Positions 8,269-16,935 are shown, counted from the stretch's first letter. The stretch: DNA of 20,000 bases from an uncultured Pseudomonadota bacterium (GCA_964429275.1 CAYSBJ010000003.1:44906-64905), one strand, 5' to 3'. Notes: generated from the sequence alone by a model not told the origin. Made by a program: numbers and translations.

Positions 8269-8772
8269 CTACCAGCATCCTGCATTAAAATAAAACCCCT
8301 TAGGATGTCTTGTTGCGGAGGTAAGTATATCGATGCAGCAAGGATTGATGCTCCGGAGGCTTTCTACCCAGCTGCCGAGCTTGTATTTCTCCACGAGCAT
8401 CACTATGGATTCTAGTTCTTTTTCGGTAAAATTTTGGAACGTATGTGTGCGTTCGCACTTGTCCCAAAAATAAATAAACTCAAGAAGAAGCGTTTGAGTG
8501 AAAATGGGCTCGGTATTTTCGTCGTATTTTGTACACGCGATTGAATAGATTAAAAGTTTTTTATTTATGCGGTATCTCATGCTCTTTTCGATATATTTGA
8601 TTTTGGCATACAAAAGCTCCCGTTTATGTGGTTCTTTTTCCTCTGTGATTGGGTTAATGACATATTCTTTGAGCGAGGTACGCGCGATTGCAATTTCCTC
8701 AGTATTATATTCTGCTGATAGAGTGAATGTTGTGAGAAGAGAAAGGGAAAATAAAGATATAAGATTTTTCAT
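8269..8772 (-). CDS. Hypothetical secreted protein
   Basis: 167-aa ORF with Sec signal MKNLISLFSLSLLTTFTLSA and GGGGGA RBS. Confidence 0.75.
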   Translation of the reverse strand: MKNLISLFSLSLLTTFTLSAEYNTEEIAIARTSLKEYVINPITEEKEPHKRELLYAKIKYIEKSMRYRINKKLLIYSIACTKYDENTEPIFTQTLLLEFIYFWDKCERTHTFQNFTEKELESIVMLVEKYKLGSWVESLRSINPCCIDILTSATRHPKGFYFNAGCW

Positions 8773-8902
8773 GGTGCAGTCCCCCGACTAGTTGTGTAAT
8801 GAGTAGCACGCTGTTAGATGTGCTGCTCTGATTTGCTGATGTATAGCACATTTTGAGAAATGAGTCATTTTTGACGGCGAATGCCGTCATCCGTTGCCGT
8901 TA

Positions 8903-9418
8903 CTACTCTGAGGCGGTTTCTGAATCAGAAGTTTCTGTTGAGCCTAAACCTTCTTCGCATTTGGTAAGATCTCCAGGCTTTAAGCGGTACAAATCACTGG
9001 CAACCTGCCGCAGGCTCTCTGCTGAGAGTTTGTATTTTTGTTCCTCGTTCTTTGTGTTAGAGTGCAGTGTATTCAAAATATCATACAAGAGTGCTCTATG
9101 CTTCTGGGTGTAATCTTTTTTTATGTCCAGGGTATAGGTGACCTCAGTGTATGAACAATCTCGATCGTATGTGCGTGTTATGCAGCCGTAGATAAGGCAA
9201 AGATCAGGATTATTCTCCGTGTGCTGATGCCAGGTATGGCTTTCTTTTGCTATACGCTCTATTACCTTATGAGAAACTATAAGGCCGGGAACGGACGTTC
9301 TTACTGAGCACAGTACTCGAATAAGTCCTTGAGTTTCTGCGACAGCTTTTGTTTCTGCCGCCGTGACGATGGTTATTTGTGTCAGGAAGGCGAACGCTAA
9401 AAGTCCAAGGTATCTCAT
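8903..9418 (-). CDS. Hypothetical secreted protein with acidic/Ser tail
   Basis: 171-aa ORF with signal MRYLGLLAFAFLTQITIVTAA and GAGGGA RBS. Confidence 0.75.
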   Translation of the reverse strand: MRYLGLLAFAFLTQITIVTAAETKAVAETQGLIRVLCSVRTSVPGLIVSHKVIERIAKESHTWHQHTENNPDLCLIYGCITRTYDRDCSYTEVTYTLDIKKDYTQKHRALLYDILNTLHSNTKNEEQKYKLSAESLRQVASDLYRLKPGDLTKCEEGLGSTETSDSETASE

Positions 9419-9511
9419 GTATCCCTCACAATAAGCCCAGCTTTGGGATGGGGCTATTTTTTCTTTTTTCCTCTATGAATGCAATAGTTTCGTTGAGAGG
9501 AGGATGGGTGG

Positions 9512-9631
9512 CTAAGCCTCGGCTATGCCGTCGTCAGTTCCAATATCTTCTTCTTCGGTGAAGATGATGTTGGCTTGGTAAATGGGAGTGTAGATTGGTT
9601 GTAGATAACTTGATTGGTAGAGGTCGTTCAT
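9512..9631 (-). CDS. Putative 39-aa small acidic protein
   Basis: MNDLYQSSYLQPIYTPIYQANIIFTEEEDIGTDDGIAEA. Co-oriented with its neighbours, with a candidate promoter upstream but a weak RBS. Confidence 0.3.
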   Translation of the reverse strand: MNDLYQSSYLQPIYTPIYQANIIFTEEEDIGTDDGIAEA

Positions 9632-9673
9632 CTTAAAAACTCGCTATAAAACAATGCTTTTTGCTTAGAGAGA

Positions 9674-9701
9674 AGCATATTCGAATTTCTATGAAAAGCA
9701 A
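9674..9701 (-). promoter_or_regulatory. Candidate sigma70 promoter
   Basis: TTGCTT-16 nt-TATGCT on the minus strand. Confidence 0.35.
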
Positions 9702-9715
9702 GGGGGGCTTCCTAG

Positions 9716-10288
9716 CTAGTCGTCAGATGAGTATTCTTCGGCGATTGGGTTATTGTCGCTCGGTTCCTCTTCAGAGTCGGAGATCGTAGGGGAAGTTATA
9801 GCAGAAAAGGTCTTCTCAGCGAGAAGGATTAGCAGTGACTTGGGGGCGGTGACAGTGTCAAATTGCTGAACCCATGCCTCGAGCCTGAGGTTTGCAATAG
9901 CGTTGCAGAGGTCGCTCTTGAGTAGAGGATTTAGCATATCCAGTGGGCTTTCTGATTCGTTTGTTATTGCAGAGAGAAGCATAATGATTGTCCACTGTAG
10001 ACCGAGGGGATGAGAGGCGTACTTCGTGGTTAGATACAAAAGGATGTCTTCTTCCTTGGGCAATGAAAGCTTAAAGTGCTCATAAAAGGTACAAGCGGCG
10101 AAATGTAAGGCTTCTTGCTGCTTATCCTTCCCATCCTGTCCCGTTATCCAGCGGGCTATCTGGTTACCATCAAGAGCGATGATTTGTTTTTTGGTCTCTG
10201 TCAACTTTGCGTTCGCGATTACATCTGCTCCATGCAAAGCGGTTCCACCTAGCAAAAAAGTTATTGTAATAATACCTAAATATTTCAT
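9716..10288 (-). CDS. Hypothetical secreted protein with acidic/Ser tail
   Basis: Likely start ATG 10288 (MKYLGIITITFLLGGTALHGA) after AGGGA. Ends SDSEEEPSDNNPIAEEYSSDD. Confidence 0.75.
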   Translation of the reverse strand: MKYLGIITITFLLGGTALHGADVIANAKLTETKKQIIALDGNQIARWITGQDGKDKQQEALHFAACTFYEHFKLSLPKEEDILLYLTTKYASHPLGLQWTIIMLLSAITNESESPLDMLNPLLKSDLCNAIANLRLEAWVQQFDTVTAPKSLLILLAEKTFSAITSPTISDSEEEPSDNNPIAEEYSSDD

Positions 10289-10369
10289 ATAAATCCCTGC
10301 GCAGCAAAGTTTTTGTAGCAATGCGGGGCATTCTAGCCGACTTTGTGGGAAAAAGGAATGAGAGGGTGG

Positions 10370-10828
10370 CTATTTTTTCCCTGTTGCTGCCTGCAGTAGT
10401 TCATCTTCAAGCGCCTGCATGCGCGCATAATCTTCGTCGGTTTCATGGTCATGTCCTAGCAAGTGGGCAATGCCGTGGGCGAGCAAAACAATGCAGTGTT
10501 CGTCAAAGGGACGGTTCCATTCGAGGCGCTTTTTCTCAATGATTTCTGGGCAAAGGATAATGTCGCCGATATTGGCATCCTCATCGCAGGTTAGGCTTAT
10601 CCGTTCCCCTGCCTTGAGTGTGTCATGGTAGGGGAAGGATAAAATGTCGGTTGGCCCCTCTTTGCCGCGGTAATCGAGGTTGAATTCGCTCATCCGCTGC
10701 GCATTGCAGATCAAGATACCCAGATCAAAGTCTGGATAATTCAGTGCCTTGAGCATGGCCGTAGCGGCTGTTTTGAGCTGCGCCGTATTTACTGAGTATT
10801 TGCGTTGCGTGTTAGTGATAGTAATCAC
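10370..10828 (-). CDS. ybeY: rRNA maturation endoribonuclease YbeY
   Basis: N.DYRGKEGPTDILSF; GDIILC; HGIAHLLGHDH motif. Confidence 0.96.
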   Translation of the reverse strand: MITITNTQRKYSVNTAQLKTAATAMLKALNYPDFDLGILICNAQRMSEFNLDYRGKEGPTDILSFPYHDTLKAGERISLTCDEDANIGDIILCPEIIEKKRLEWNRPFDEHCIVLLAHGIAHLLGHDHETDEDYARMQALEDELLQAATGKK

Positions 10829-13290
10829 GCTTTGTTCTCCGGTGCTGGTTCTTGTGGTGCAAACACCATGGCAACGCCACAGAGTTTGTTTTGGTGAGCA
10901 GGGTCAATCGCTACTACCATTTCCTGGGCTTTGGTAATACCGGTAACCATTGCTGTTTGTGCTGTAAGCAGAGCGTGTTCTTGCTCGGTCGCAACGGTCA
11001 GCGTCAAGTTGCTGAGTGGTGTTTTAAGCGATACATGGTTCTCCGATTTTTGCCGACGTACTTCGCCGACGATGTGCAAAATCTGCTTCAACGTATCTTC
11101 TACCGCTGTCATTGTAGTAACTGTAGTCTCCGGTACCATAAGCTCGGTGATGTGTAGACTGGCGGGGCAGGTTGGCGTTTGTCGGTACATCTCTTGATAG
11201 ATAAAGTCGGTTACAAACGGGACGAATGGAGCATATAGCTGCAAGATGCGAAAGCCAATAACCCAGAGTGTTTCTTGGGTAGCGGCCAGCTCAGTGGCTG
11301 AGTATTTGTGCGGGTTGAAGAAGCGGTCTTTGACCAATTCGAGGTAGTTATCGCAAAAATCTTGCCAGAAAAACTGATCAACGCTATCAAGGGCACGGGC
11401 GTACTCTGCGGCTTCAAAGTGCTTTGTGTAGGCCGTCGTGACCAGGTCGCAGCGGTTTGTAAGCCAGAGATTAAGCGTATCCAATTCGTTGCCAAAAGAT
11501 GGCTTTTGCGGCACTTGCTGGCGGATAAAGCGGAATGCATTCCACAGCTTCGTCTGCAGCCGCTGACCGATTTTGATCTGTTCTTCGCTAAAGGCGGTAT
11601 CAACCCCGGGGCTTGCTTTGCCAGCCCAATACCGAATGGCGTCGGGAGAAAATGACTCCAGCAGCGATTGCGGAGTAAGTGCTGCGCCGCCGGTCGATTT
11701 TGAAATCTTACCGTTGCTTTGGGTAACATGGCCCGAAATAACAATTGACTCCCACGGAATGGTATTTGATGCGTACGTTGATTTTACAAGAGTGTCAAAA
11801 GCCCAGGTACGGATAATATCATGCGCTTGTGGTCGCAGTGAAAAGGGCAGTGTCAGTGCCGATGAATTTGCTTTGATTTGAACATTTTCGATGTTGATCT
11901 GTGGTGTCAGCGAAGAAATGTTCCAGGTGTCCATAACATCAGTTTCTCCTTTGAGGTTACTGCTGCCGCAGGAGCATTTTTCGCCGGGAAAGGTTGTCTC
12001 CGTTGGATCAATCGGCAAGCAATGCTCTGGCGCGGTTAAGATTGCAGTGCAATCAAGGCAGTGCCAGAGTGGGAATGGAACGCCATAAAAGCGCTGGCGG
12101 GAAATGCACCAGTCCCAGCCAAGGTTGGCAACCCAGTCTTTATAGCGAGAATGCATAAACGCTGGAAACCAGGAGACTTTTTCTCCGTTTTCTAAAAAGA
12201 GCTCTTTGTTGTTCATGATGCGCACAAACCATTGTGGGATAACCCGGTATTCAATTGGCTGCTTGCAGCGTTCATGGATGTTTACCGCATGAACTAAGTG
12301 TTTTTCTTCAGTTAGAAGGCCATATTCTTTGAGGGTTGCAATGATCGCTGTACGTGCTTCGGTGGCGCGTAGTCCAGTCATTGGGCCAGTGTGTTCTTGC
12401 CATACACCGCGCTCATCCATAACAGACTTGAGAGGAAGGTTGTGCCGCTCAAACCAAGTAATATCAGTTTGATCACCAAAGGTGCAGCACATAACAAGGC
12501 CGGTTCCTTTATCGGGAAGTACATCACCGTCTGCAATACAAGGAACCGAAGCGTTAAAAAATGGGGAAGATAATGTTTGACCGGCGAGGTGAGTGTAGCG
12601 GCTGTCGTCTGGGTGATAGAGTACTGCCACGCAGGCAGGCAGCAATTCTGGACGGGTTGTAGCAACTGGGTAGGTGCTGCCGCTTTTATCAGTGAAGAGA
12701 ATAGTGTTGAATGTTGTTTTGCATTCCAGGTTGTCCAGCTCAGCCTGCGCTACTGACGTTTGGCAGGTGGTGCAATAGAGTGCGGCGGTGGCGGTGCGGT
12801 AGGCTTGCTCCTTGCTGAGCATGTCTAGAAAGTTCTTTTGTGCTACTTTGCGGGCCATGTCGGAAATGGTTGAGTAGGTGAAGCGCCAATCAATAGAGAG
12901 GCCGAGTTCTTGCCACAAGCCGGCAAAGGCTTCGTGGGCGTGGGAAACTTCTTCAAGACAGAGCTTAATGAACGCTGAGCGTCCAACAACATGGGCCTTG
13001 GTTTTGTGCTTTTTTTCTACGTAGCGCTCGGTCGGCAGTCCATTGTCGTCAAAACCCATGGGATAGAAGACATTAAAGCCGCGCATACGGCGATAGCGTG
13101 CTAGAAAGTCGGTGTGCGTGTATGAAAAGACGTGACCGATGTGCAGATTGCCAGAAACTGTTGGTGGCGGGGTATCAATGCTGTATATCGGGCGAAATCT
13201 GTCTTCAGGATTAAATTGGTTAGTCCCGGCGTCTTGCCATATTTTTTTGATTTTTTCTTGTGCCGTCTTAGCGCAATACGTAATTTCCAT
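10825..13290 (-). CDS. valS: Valine--tRNA ligase (short type 2 form)
   Basis: IDTPPPTVSGNLHIGH; ATTRPELL; GTGLVMCCTFGD; WDWCISRQR.YGVPFP; RPQAHDIIRTW; KISKS. Confidence 0.96.
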   Translation of the reverse strand: MEITYCAKTAQEKIKKIWQDAGTNQFNPEDRFRPIYSIDTPPPTVSGNLHIGHVFSYTHTDFLARYRRMRGFNVFYPMGFDDNGLPTERYVEKKHKTKAHVVGRSAFIKLCLEEVSHAHEAFAGLWQELGLSIDWRFTYSTISDMARKVAQKNFLDMLSKEQAYRTATAALYCTTCQTSVAQAELDNLECKTTFNTILFTDKSGSTYPVATTRPELLPACVAVLYHPDDSRYTHLAGQTLSSPFFNASVPCIADGDVLPDKGTGLVMCCTFGDQTDITWFERHNLPLKSVMDERGVWQEHTGPMTGLRATEARTAIIATLKEYGLLTEEKHLVHAVNIHERCKQPIEYRVIPQWFVRIMNNKELFLENGEKVSWFPAFMHSRYKDWVANLGWDWCISRQRFYGVPFPLWHCLDCTAILTAPEHCLPIDPTETTFPGEKCSCGSSNLKGETDVMDTWNISSLTPQINIENVQIKANSSALTLPFSLRPQAHDIIRTWAFDTLVKSTYASNTIPWESIVISGHVTQSNGKISKSTGGAALTPQSLLESFSPDAIRYWAGKASPGVDTAFSEEQIKIGQRLQTKLWNAFRFIRQQVPQKPSFGNELDTLNLWLTNRCDLVTTAYTKHFEAAEYARALDSVDQFFWQDFCDNYLELVKDRFFNPHKYSATELAATQETLWVIGFRILQLYAPFVPFVTDFIYQEMYRQTPTCPASLHITELMVPETTVTTMTAVEDTLKQILHIVGEVRRQKSENHVSLKTPLSNLTLTVATEQEHALLTAQTAMVTGITKAQEMVVAIDPAHQNKLCGVAMVFAPQEPAPENKA

Positions 13291-13386
13291 GAAGTACCCT
13301 GCTCGTTGCTATTTTTGAGATTCGAGCAGTTTACTGCTGATGCGGGTAAAAAACTAGCCTCGGACCCTTAAGAATTATCTTAATAT

Positions 13387-13415
13387 TTGACGAAAAAACC
13401 GTAGTTTTCTACGCT
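13387..13415 (+). promoter_or_regulatory. Candidate sigma70 promoter for the M50-homolog/tyrS unit
   Basis: TTGACG-17 nt-TACGCT upstream of ATG 13453. Confidence 0.5.
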
Positions 13416-13452
13416 GCATGCCTTGTCTAACCTTTTTAGTGAGTGATTTCTC

Positions 13453-14187
13453 ATGAATAGTACTTATATGTATGCCTTTATAAAACAGGTTGCGGTTTTG
13501 TTTCCGACTTTTATTTTGCTTTTTACCGTTCGTGGTTTTTTTCAGGCGTTGGCTGCTCACTGTGTTGGCGATGATACCCCAGAAGAGAACGGCTTTCTCT
13601 CGCTTAATCCGCTAGCACATATTGATATTGTTGGCACATTGATGCTTTCTGCTATTTTTGCGGTGCTGTATAAAATCGAATCATCAGGCGGTGGTTTTTT
13701 AGGTATGGCACTTATTTTGCTATCCATTTTTATTGGTGTGCGTCCGTACTACCCGGTACTGTATGATGCCCGTAATTTTCGCTGGCATAAGCCAGGGATT
13801 GTGATTACTACACTGGCAACTACGCTTAGCTATCTAGTGTTGGCGTTGCTTGCTATGTATGCATGGGTATGGGGGCAGTATTTCTTATCAAATGCGCCAG
13901 GGGCGGCTCAGGTTGTTCGTCAGATTTCTGACTCACTAATCGAGTGGTCCACTATTTGGGCAGTTATCTCACTCATACCAGTGCCACCGTTCGACGCAGG
14001 CGCCCTGTTGCCGGTCATTTTTGGTGAGACTGGTCAGGAAATGTACGATGCTCTGGAGCAGTATGCACTCTTTATTTTTATAGGATTGTTTTTTATACCC
14101 GGGCTTAAAGACATCTTTTTGCAGGGTATTGGCTTTGTTCATTTCTACTTATATCAAGGGCTTGCGTACTTGGTGGTGCTGCCATAA
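13453..14187 (+). CDS. Site-2 protease (peptidase M50) family membrane protein, probably catalytically inactive
   Basis: A...GDDTP...G.LSLNPLAHID.VG and SLIPVPPFDAG motifs are present. The HEXXH position reads RGFFQ. Confidence 0.85.
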   Translation: MNSTYMYAFIKQVAVLFPTFILLFTVRGFFQALAAHCVGDDTPEENGFLSLNPLAHIDIVGTLMLSAIFAVLYKIESSGGGFLGMALILLSIFIGVRPYYPVLYDARNFRWHKPGIVITTLATTLSYLVLALLAMYAWVWGQYFLSNAPGAAQVVRQISDSLIEWSTIWAVISLIPVPPFDAGALLPVIFGETGQEMYDALEQYALFIFIGLFFIPGLKDIFLQGIGFVHFYLYQGLAYLVVLP

Positions 14188-14235
14188 GGGGATACGTAAG
14201 GAAAATAGGATAATTGTTAAGGGCGCGTAACTATG

Positions 14236-14316
14236 CGTCTTTGCGCGGAACAACGTGGCGTAGGAGTCCAGCTAAGCATTCCTGGATTGCTACCGGCCAC
14301 GTTATGCTCGCTATCT
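14236..14316. repeat. Palindromic repeat copy 4 (degenerate)
   Basis: 14236-14270 CGTCTTTGCGCGGAACAACGTGGCGTAGGAGTCCA matches the copy-1 left arm at 26/35. Right arm starts TGGATTGC (14283). AACGTGGC pairs with GCCACGTT. Confidence 0.7.
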
Positions 14317-14377
14317 ATAGAGCTTTAAATCATGTGGGTGACTATGCATGAAAGGGGCAGAGTGTGAGAGGGATGAT

Positions 14378-15559
14378 ATGATTAAAAAATTAATGACCGG
14401 CGCCGATCAGGTATTGCCGGTTGGTGGATTGGAAAAAAAGTTAGCAACGGGTAAGCCGTTATGTGTTAAATTTGGTGCTGATCCAACAGCGCCAGATATT
14501 CACCTGGGGCATGTGGTCGTTTTATCAAAACTGCGCCAATTCCAAGATGCGGGGCATGTTATTCGTTTTATTATTGGTGATTTTACGGCACGTATCGGGG
14601 ACCCAACTGGTAAGTCAAAAACACGGCCGCCTTTGGAGCCTGAAGAAATTGCGCTTAATGCAAAAACTTACCTCGAGCAAGTAACGCGAGTCCTTGATCC
14701 GGAAAAACTTGAAGTGGTGTATAATTCGCAGTGGCTTGAGCCAGTCACGTTATCAAGTTTTATTCGTATTGCCGGCAAAGTGACGCTGGCAAGACTCATG
14801 GAGCGTGATGACTTTTCAAACCGATTTGCTTCTGGTTCTACTATTAGTTTCCATGAACTTTTTTACCCGATCTTGCAAGGATATGACTCTGTTCATCTGA
14901 AGAGCGATATTGAGCTTGGTGGAACAGACCAGACCTTTAATCTTTTGATGGGGCGCTTTTTGCAGGAGCAGTACGGCCAGGAGCCGCAAGTTATCATGAC
15001 CATGCCACTCCTTGAAGGTTTGGATGGTGTGCAAAAAATGTCCAAAAGCTATGGCAATTACATTGGCCTTGCGGAATCGCCGGTATCGGCCTACGGTAAA
15101 TTGATGTCAATCTCTGATGAACTTATGTGGCGCTATTGGTTGCTCTTGAGTGGCAAGAGCAGTGAAGAAATTGAAGAAATGCGTGCTCATGTACAAGAGG
15201 GACTGCTTCATCCTCTGGCCTGTAAAAAAATGCTGGCGCACTGGATTGTTAGTCGGTATTGGTCTGCGGTTGGTGCTGATGAAGGGCAAAGTTCTTTCGA
15301 AGCGCTTTCGCAGCAAAAAGATTATTCACAGGCGCAAGAATTCAATCTTGGCGTCGATATGCCAACCACTTTGTGGGTCGTCGATTTGCTTAGAGCACTT
15401 GGTGCGGTGACCAGTTCATCTGAGGCGCGCCGCCTCATTGAGGCCGGCGCGGTACTGTTTGATGGCGCTAAAGTAACCGACGTTAAAGCTATGGTTACCT
15501 GGCAAGAGGGCGTTGTTGTGAAAGTAGGTAAACACCGTGTTTATAAGCTAGCGTTCTAA
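14378..15559 (+). CDS. tyrS: Tyrosine--tRNA ligase
   Basis: KFGADPTAPDIHLGH; IGDFTARIGDPTGKS; YPILQGYDS; GGTDQTFN; KMSKS; C-terminal S4 domain. Start is 14378 or 14348. Confidence 0.97.
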   Translation: MIKKLMTGADQVLPVGGLEKKLATGKPLCVKFGADPTAPDIHLGHVVVLSKLRQFQDAGHVIRFIIGDFTARIGDPTGKSKTRPPLEPEEIALNAKTYLEQVTRVLDPEKLEVVYNSQWLEPVTLSSFIRIAGKVTLARLMERDDFSNRFASGSTISFHELFYPILQGYDSVHLKSDIELGGTDQTFNLLMGRFLQEQYGQEPQVIMTMPLLEGLDGVQKMSKSYGNYIGLAESPVSAYGKLMSISDELMWRYWLLLSGKSSEEIEEMRAHVQEGLLHPLACKKMLAHWIVSRYWSAVGADEGQSSFEALSQQKDYSQAQEFNLGVDMPTTLWVVDLLRALGAVTSSSEARRLIEAGAVLFDGAKVTDVKAMVTWQEGVVVKVGKHRVYKLAF

Positions 15560-15620
15560 GTCTGTTAAAGTTGATTGCTTTATTAGCCTCGGGGCCCTGT
15601 TGTAACGAAAGAGCACCGCA

Positions 15621-16511
15621 ATGAGCATCCGTACATGTGCCATTACCCTCGCTTTTATATGCGCCTATGCAACTTTCTCTCTGGGGATTGGCGTAGGGAG
15701 TGCTATTAATACTGCTGACCGTGTTTATGTGGCCAATGCATTGTTGGCCGAAAGCCCAGAAGAATTTGCCCATTTTATGGGCAAGATTGCTGACGCTCAG
15801 AAAGGATTGGTTATTATTAGTGCGATTGGTTCGGCCTGTAGTGCGGGGCTTGCTCTTTGGTTTCTTACAACAGTTAAGAAAAAAGGCCCGTGTGTCACGT
15901 GGGATCGAGACGGAAGGGTTCGCAACGCTGGTGTTATTACGGGGCAGTCACTATTGTCATCTGAGCGTAGTATGTTGTTGTCTGGGTATGTAGGAGTAAA
16001 GTCAGGTGAGCGTTCTCTTACCGGGCGTAAGGGCTTACGGCGGAATGGAGGTTTTCTTATGGTTGCCGCTTGTATTTATGCCCTGGTAACCTCGGTGCGT
16101 GCTCGTCGTCGTCAAGTTCAATACCAGTTACATGCCGCACACGCTCATAAAATTTATAAGTTGTTACGAGACGCTGCCGTCAAGGCAGAAGGAGATTCAC
16201 AAGATTGGGTGCTTGTTGCTGCTGCAATCAAGAAGGCAGAGGCGGTTGGATGTGTAGCGCAAATGAGCACGACACTGATGGGATTGCTAATGCTGGGAAA
16301 AATACTAACAATGGATGTTTTGCGTAAGAATCAATGGAAAAAAGATGGAGCGGCAGTTGCCGCTCTTCTTTTTACATTGTGCGGTGGCTATCTCATAAAG
16401 CCCCTCGTTACTGCTGGGATGCGTGCACGCGCGGGTGTGCCAGATATAGATGAATTATTTGCGGGGGTTAGCCGTGCCGGGCGTGATGCGTCATTGAGGG
16501 GCTATTCTTAG
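15621..16511 (+). CDS. Hypothetical membrane protein
   Basis: 296-aa ORF with an N-terminal signal/TM segment and about four further hydrophobic segments. Confidence 0.7.
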   Translation: MSIRTCAITLAFICAYATFSLGIGVGSAINTADRVYVANALLAESPEEFAHFMGKIADAQKGLVIISAIGSACSAGLALWFLTTVKKKGPCVTWDRDGRVRNAGVITGQSLLSSERSMLLSGYVGVKSGERSLTGRKGLRRNGGFLMVAACIYALVTSVRARRRQVQYQLHAAHAHKIYKLLRDAAVKAEGDSQDWVLVAAAIKKAEAVGCVAQMSTTLMGLLMLGKILTMDVLRKNQWKKDGAAVAALLFTLCGGYLIKPLVTAGMRARAGVPDIDELFAGVSRAGRDASLRGYS

Positions 16512-16541
16512 GGAGGGAGTTTTGATTCGCTGGATTGTAAC

Positions 16542-16576
16542 AAAAAAGAGCGTGGATTAAACCCACGCTCTTTTTT
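16542..16576. terminator. Bidirectional intrinsic terminator
   Basis: AAAAAAGAGCGTGG-ATTAAAC-CCACGCTCTTTTTT between the convergent CDS and tRNA cluster. Confidence 0.9.
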
Positions 16577-16586
16577 GTTTAATTTC

Positions 16587-16663
16587 TGGCGGGGCTGACG
16601 AGGCTCGAACTCGCGACCTCTCGCGTGACAGGCGAACGCTCTAACCAACTGAGCTACAGCCCC
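16587..16663 (-). tRNA. tRNA-Asp(GTC)
   Basis: GGGGCTGTAGCTCAGTTGGTTAGAGC...CT-GTC-AC...GTTCGAG...GCCCCGCCA, 77 nt. Confidence 0.96.
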
Positions 16664-16672
16664 ACAGAAACT

Positions 16673-16748
16673 TGGCTCCCCGAGCAGGACTCGAACCTGC
16701 GACCTAATGATTAACAGTCATGTGCTCTACCAACTGAGCTATCGAGGA
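16673..16748 (-). tRNA. tRNA-Asn(GTT)
   Basis: TCCTCGATAGCTCAGTTGGTAGAGC...CT-GTT-AA...GGTTCGAG...TCGGGGAGCCA, 76 nt. Confidence 0.96.
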
Positions 16749-16859
16749 ATACGGTTTTAAATTTTACACGTTTTGGATTTTGCTAGTCTTTATTCTTCTA
16801 GCTGTCCGCTGTAGCCTGTTTTTGTTTGTGGAGCAAACAATAGTGCAGACTAAGACGAA

Positions 16860-16935
16860 TGGTGGGCGAAACAGGACTCGAACCTGTGACCCCCTGCTTG
16901 TAAGGCAGATGCTCTACCAACTGAGCTATTCGCCC
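16860..16935 (-). tRNA. tRNA-Val(TAC)
   Basis: GGGCGAATAGCTCAGTTGGTAGAGC...CT-TAC-AA...GGTTCGAG...TTCGCCCACCA, 76 nt. Confidence 0.96.

Noticed and set aside
8873..8889. Hairpin TGACGGC-GAAT-GCCGTCA
   Set aside because: No U-tract on the strand of the upstream gene, so it is not called a terminator. It is too short to assign to the repeat family.
2722..14316. Repeats as a CRISPR array or IS ends
   Set aside because: The copies are dispersed and degenerate, with no regular spacers, no cas or transposase gene and no clear target-site duplication.
14188..14377. T-box riboswitch upstream of tyrS
   Set aside because: No T-box consensus (AAnnnGGGTGGnACC) or terminator; the structure is explained by repeat copy 4.
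16587..16935. tRNA cluster as an integration site
   Set aside because: No integrase and no duplicated tRNA 3' end in the window.
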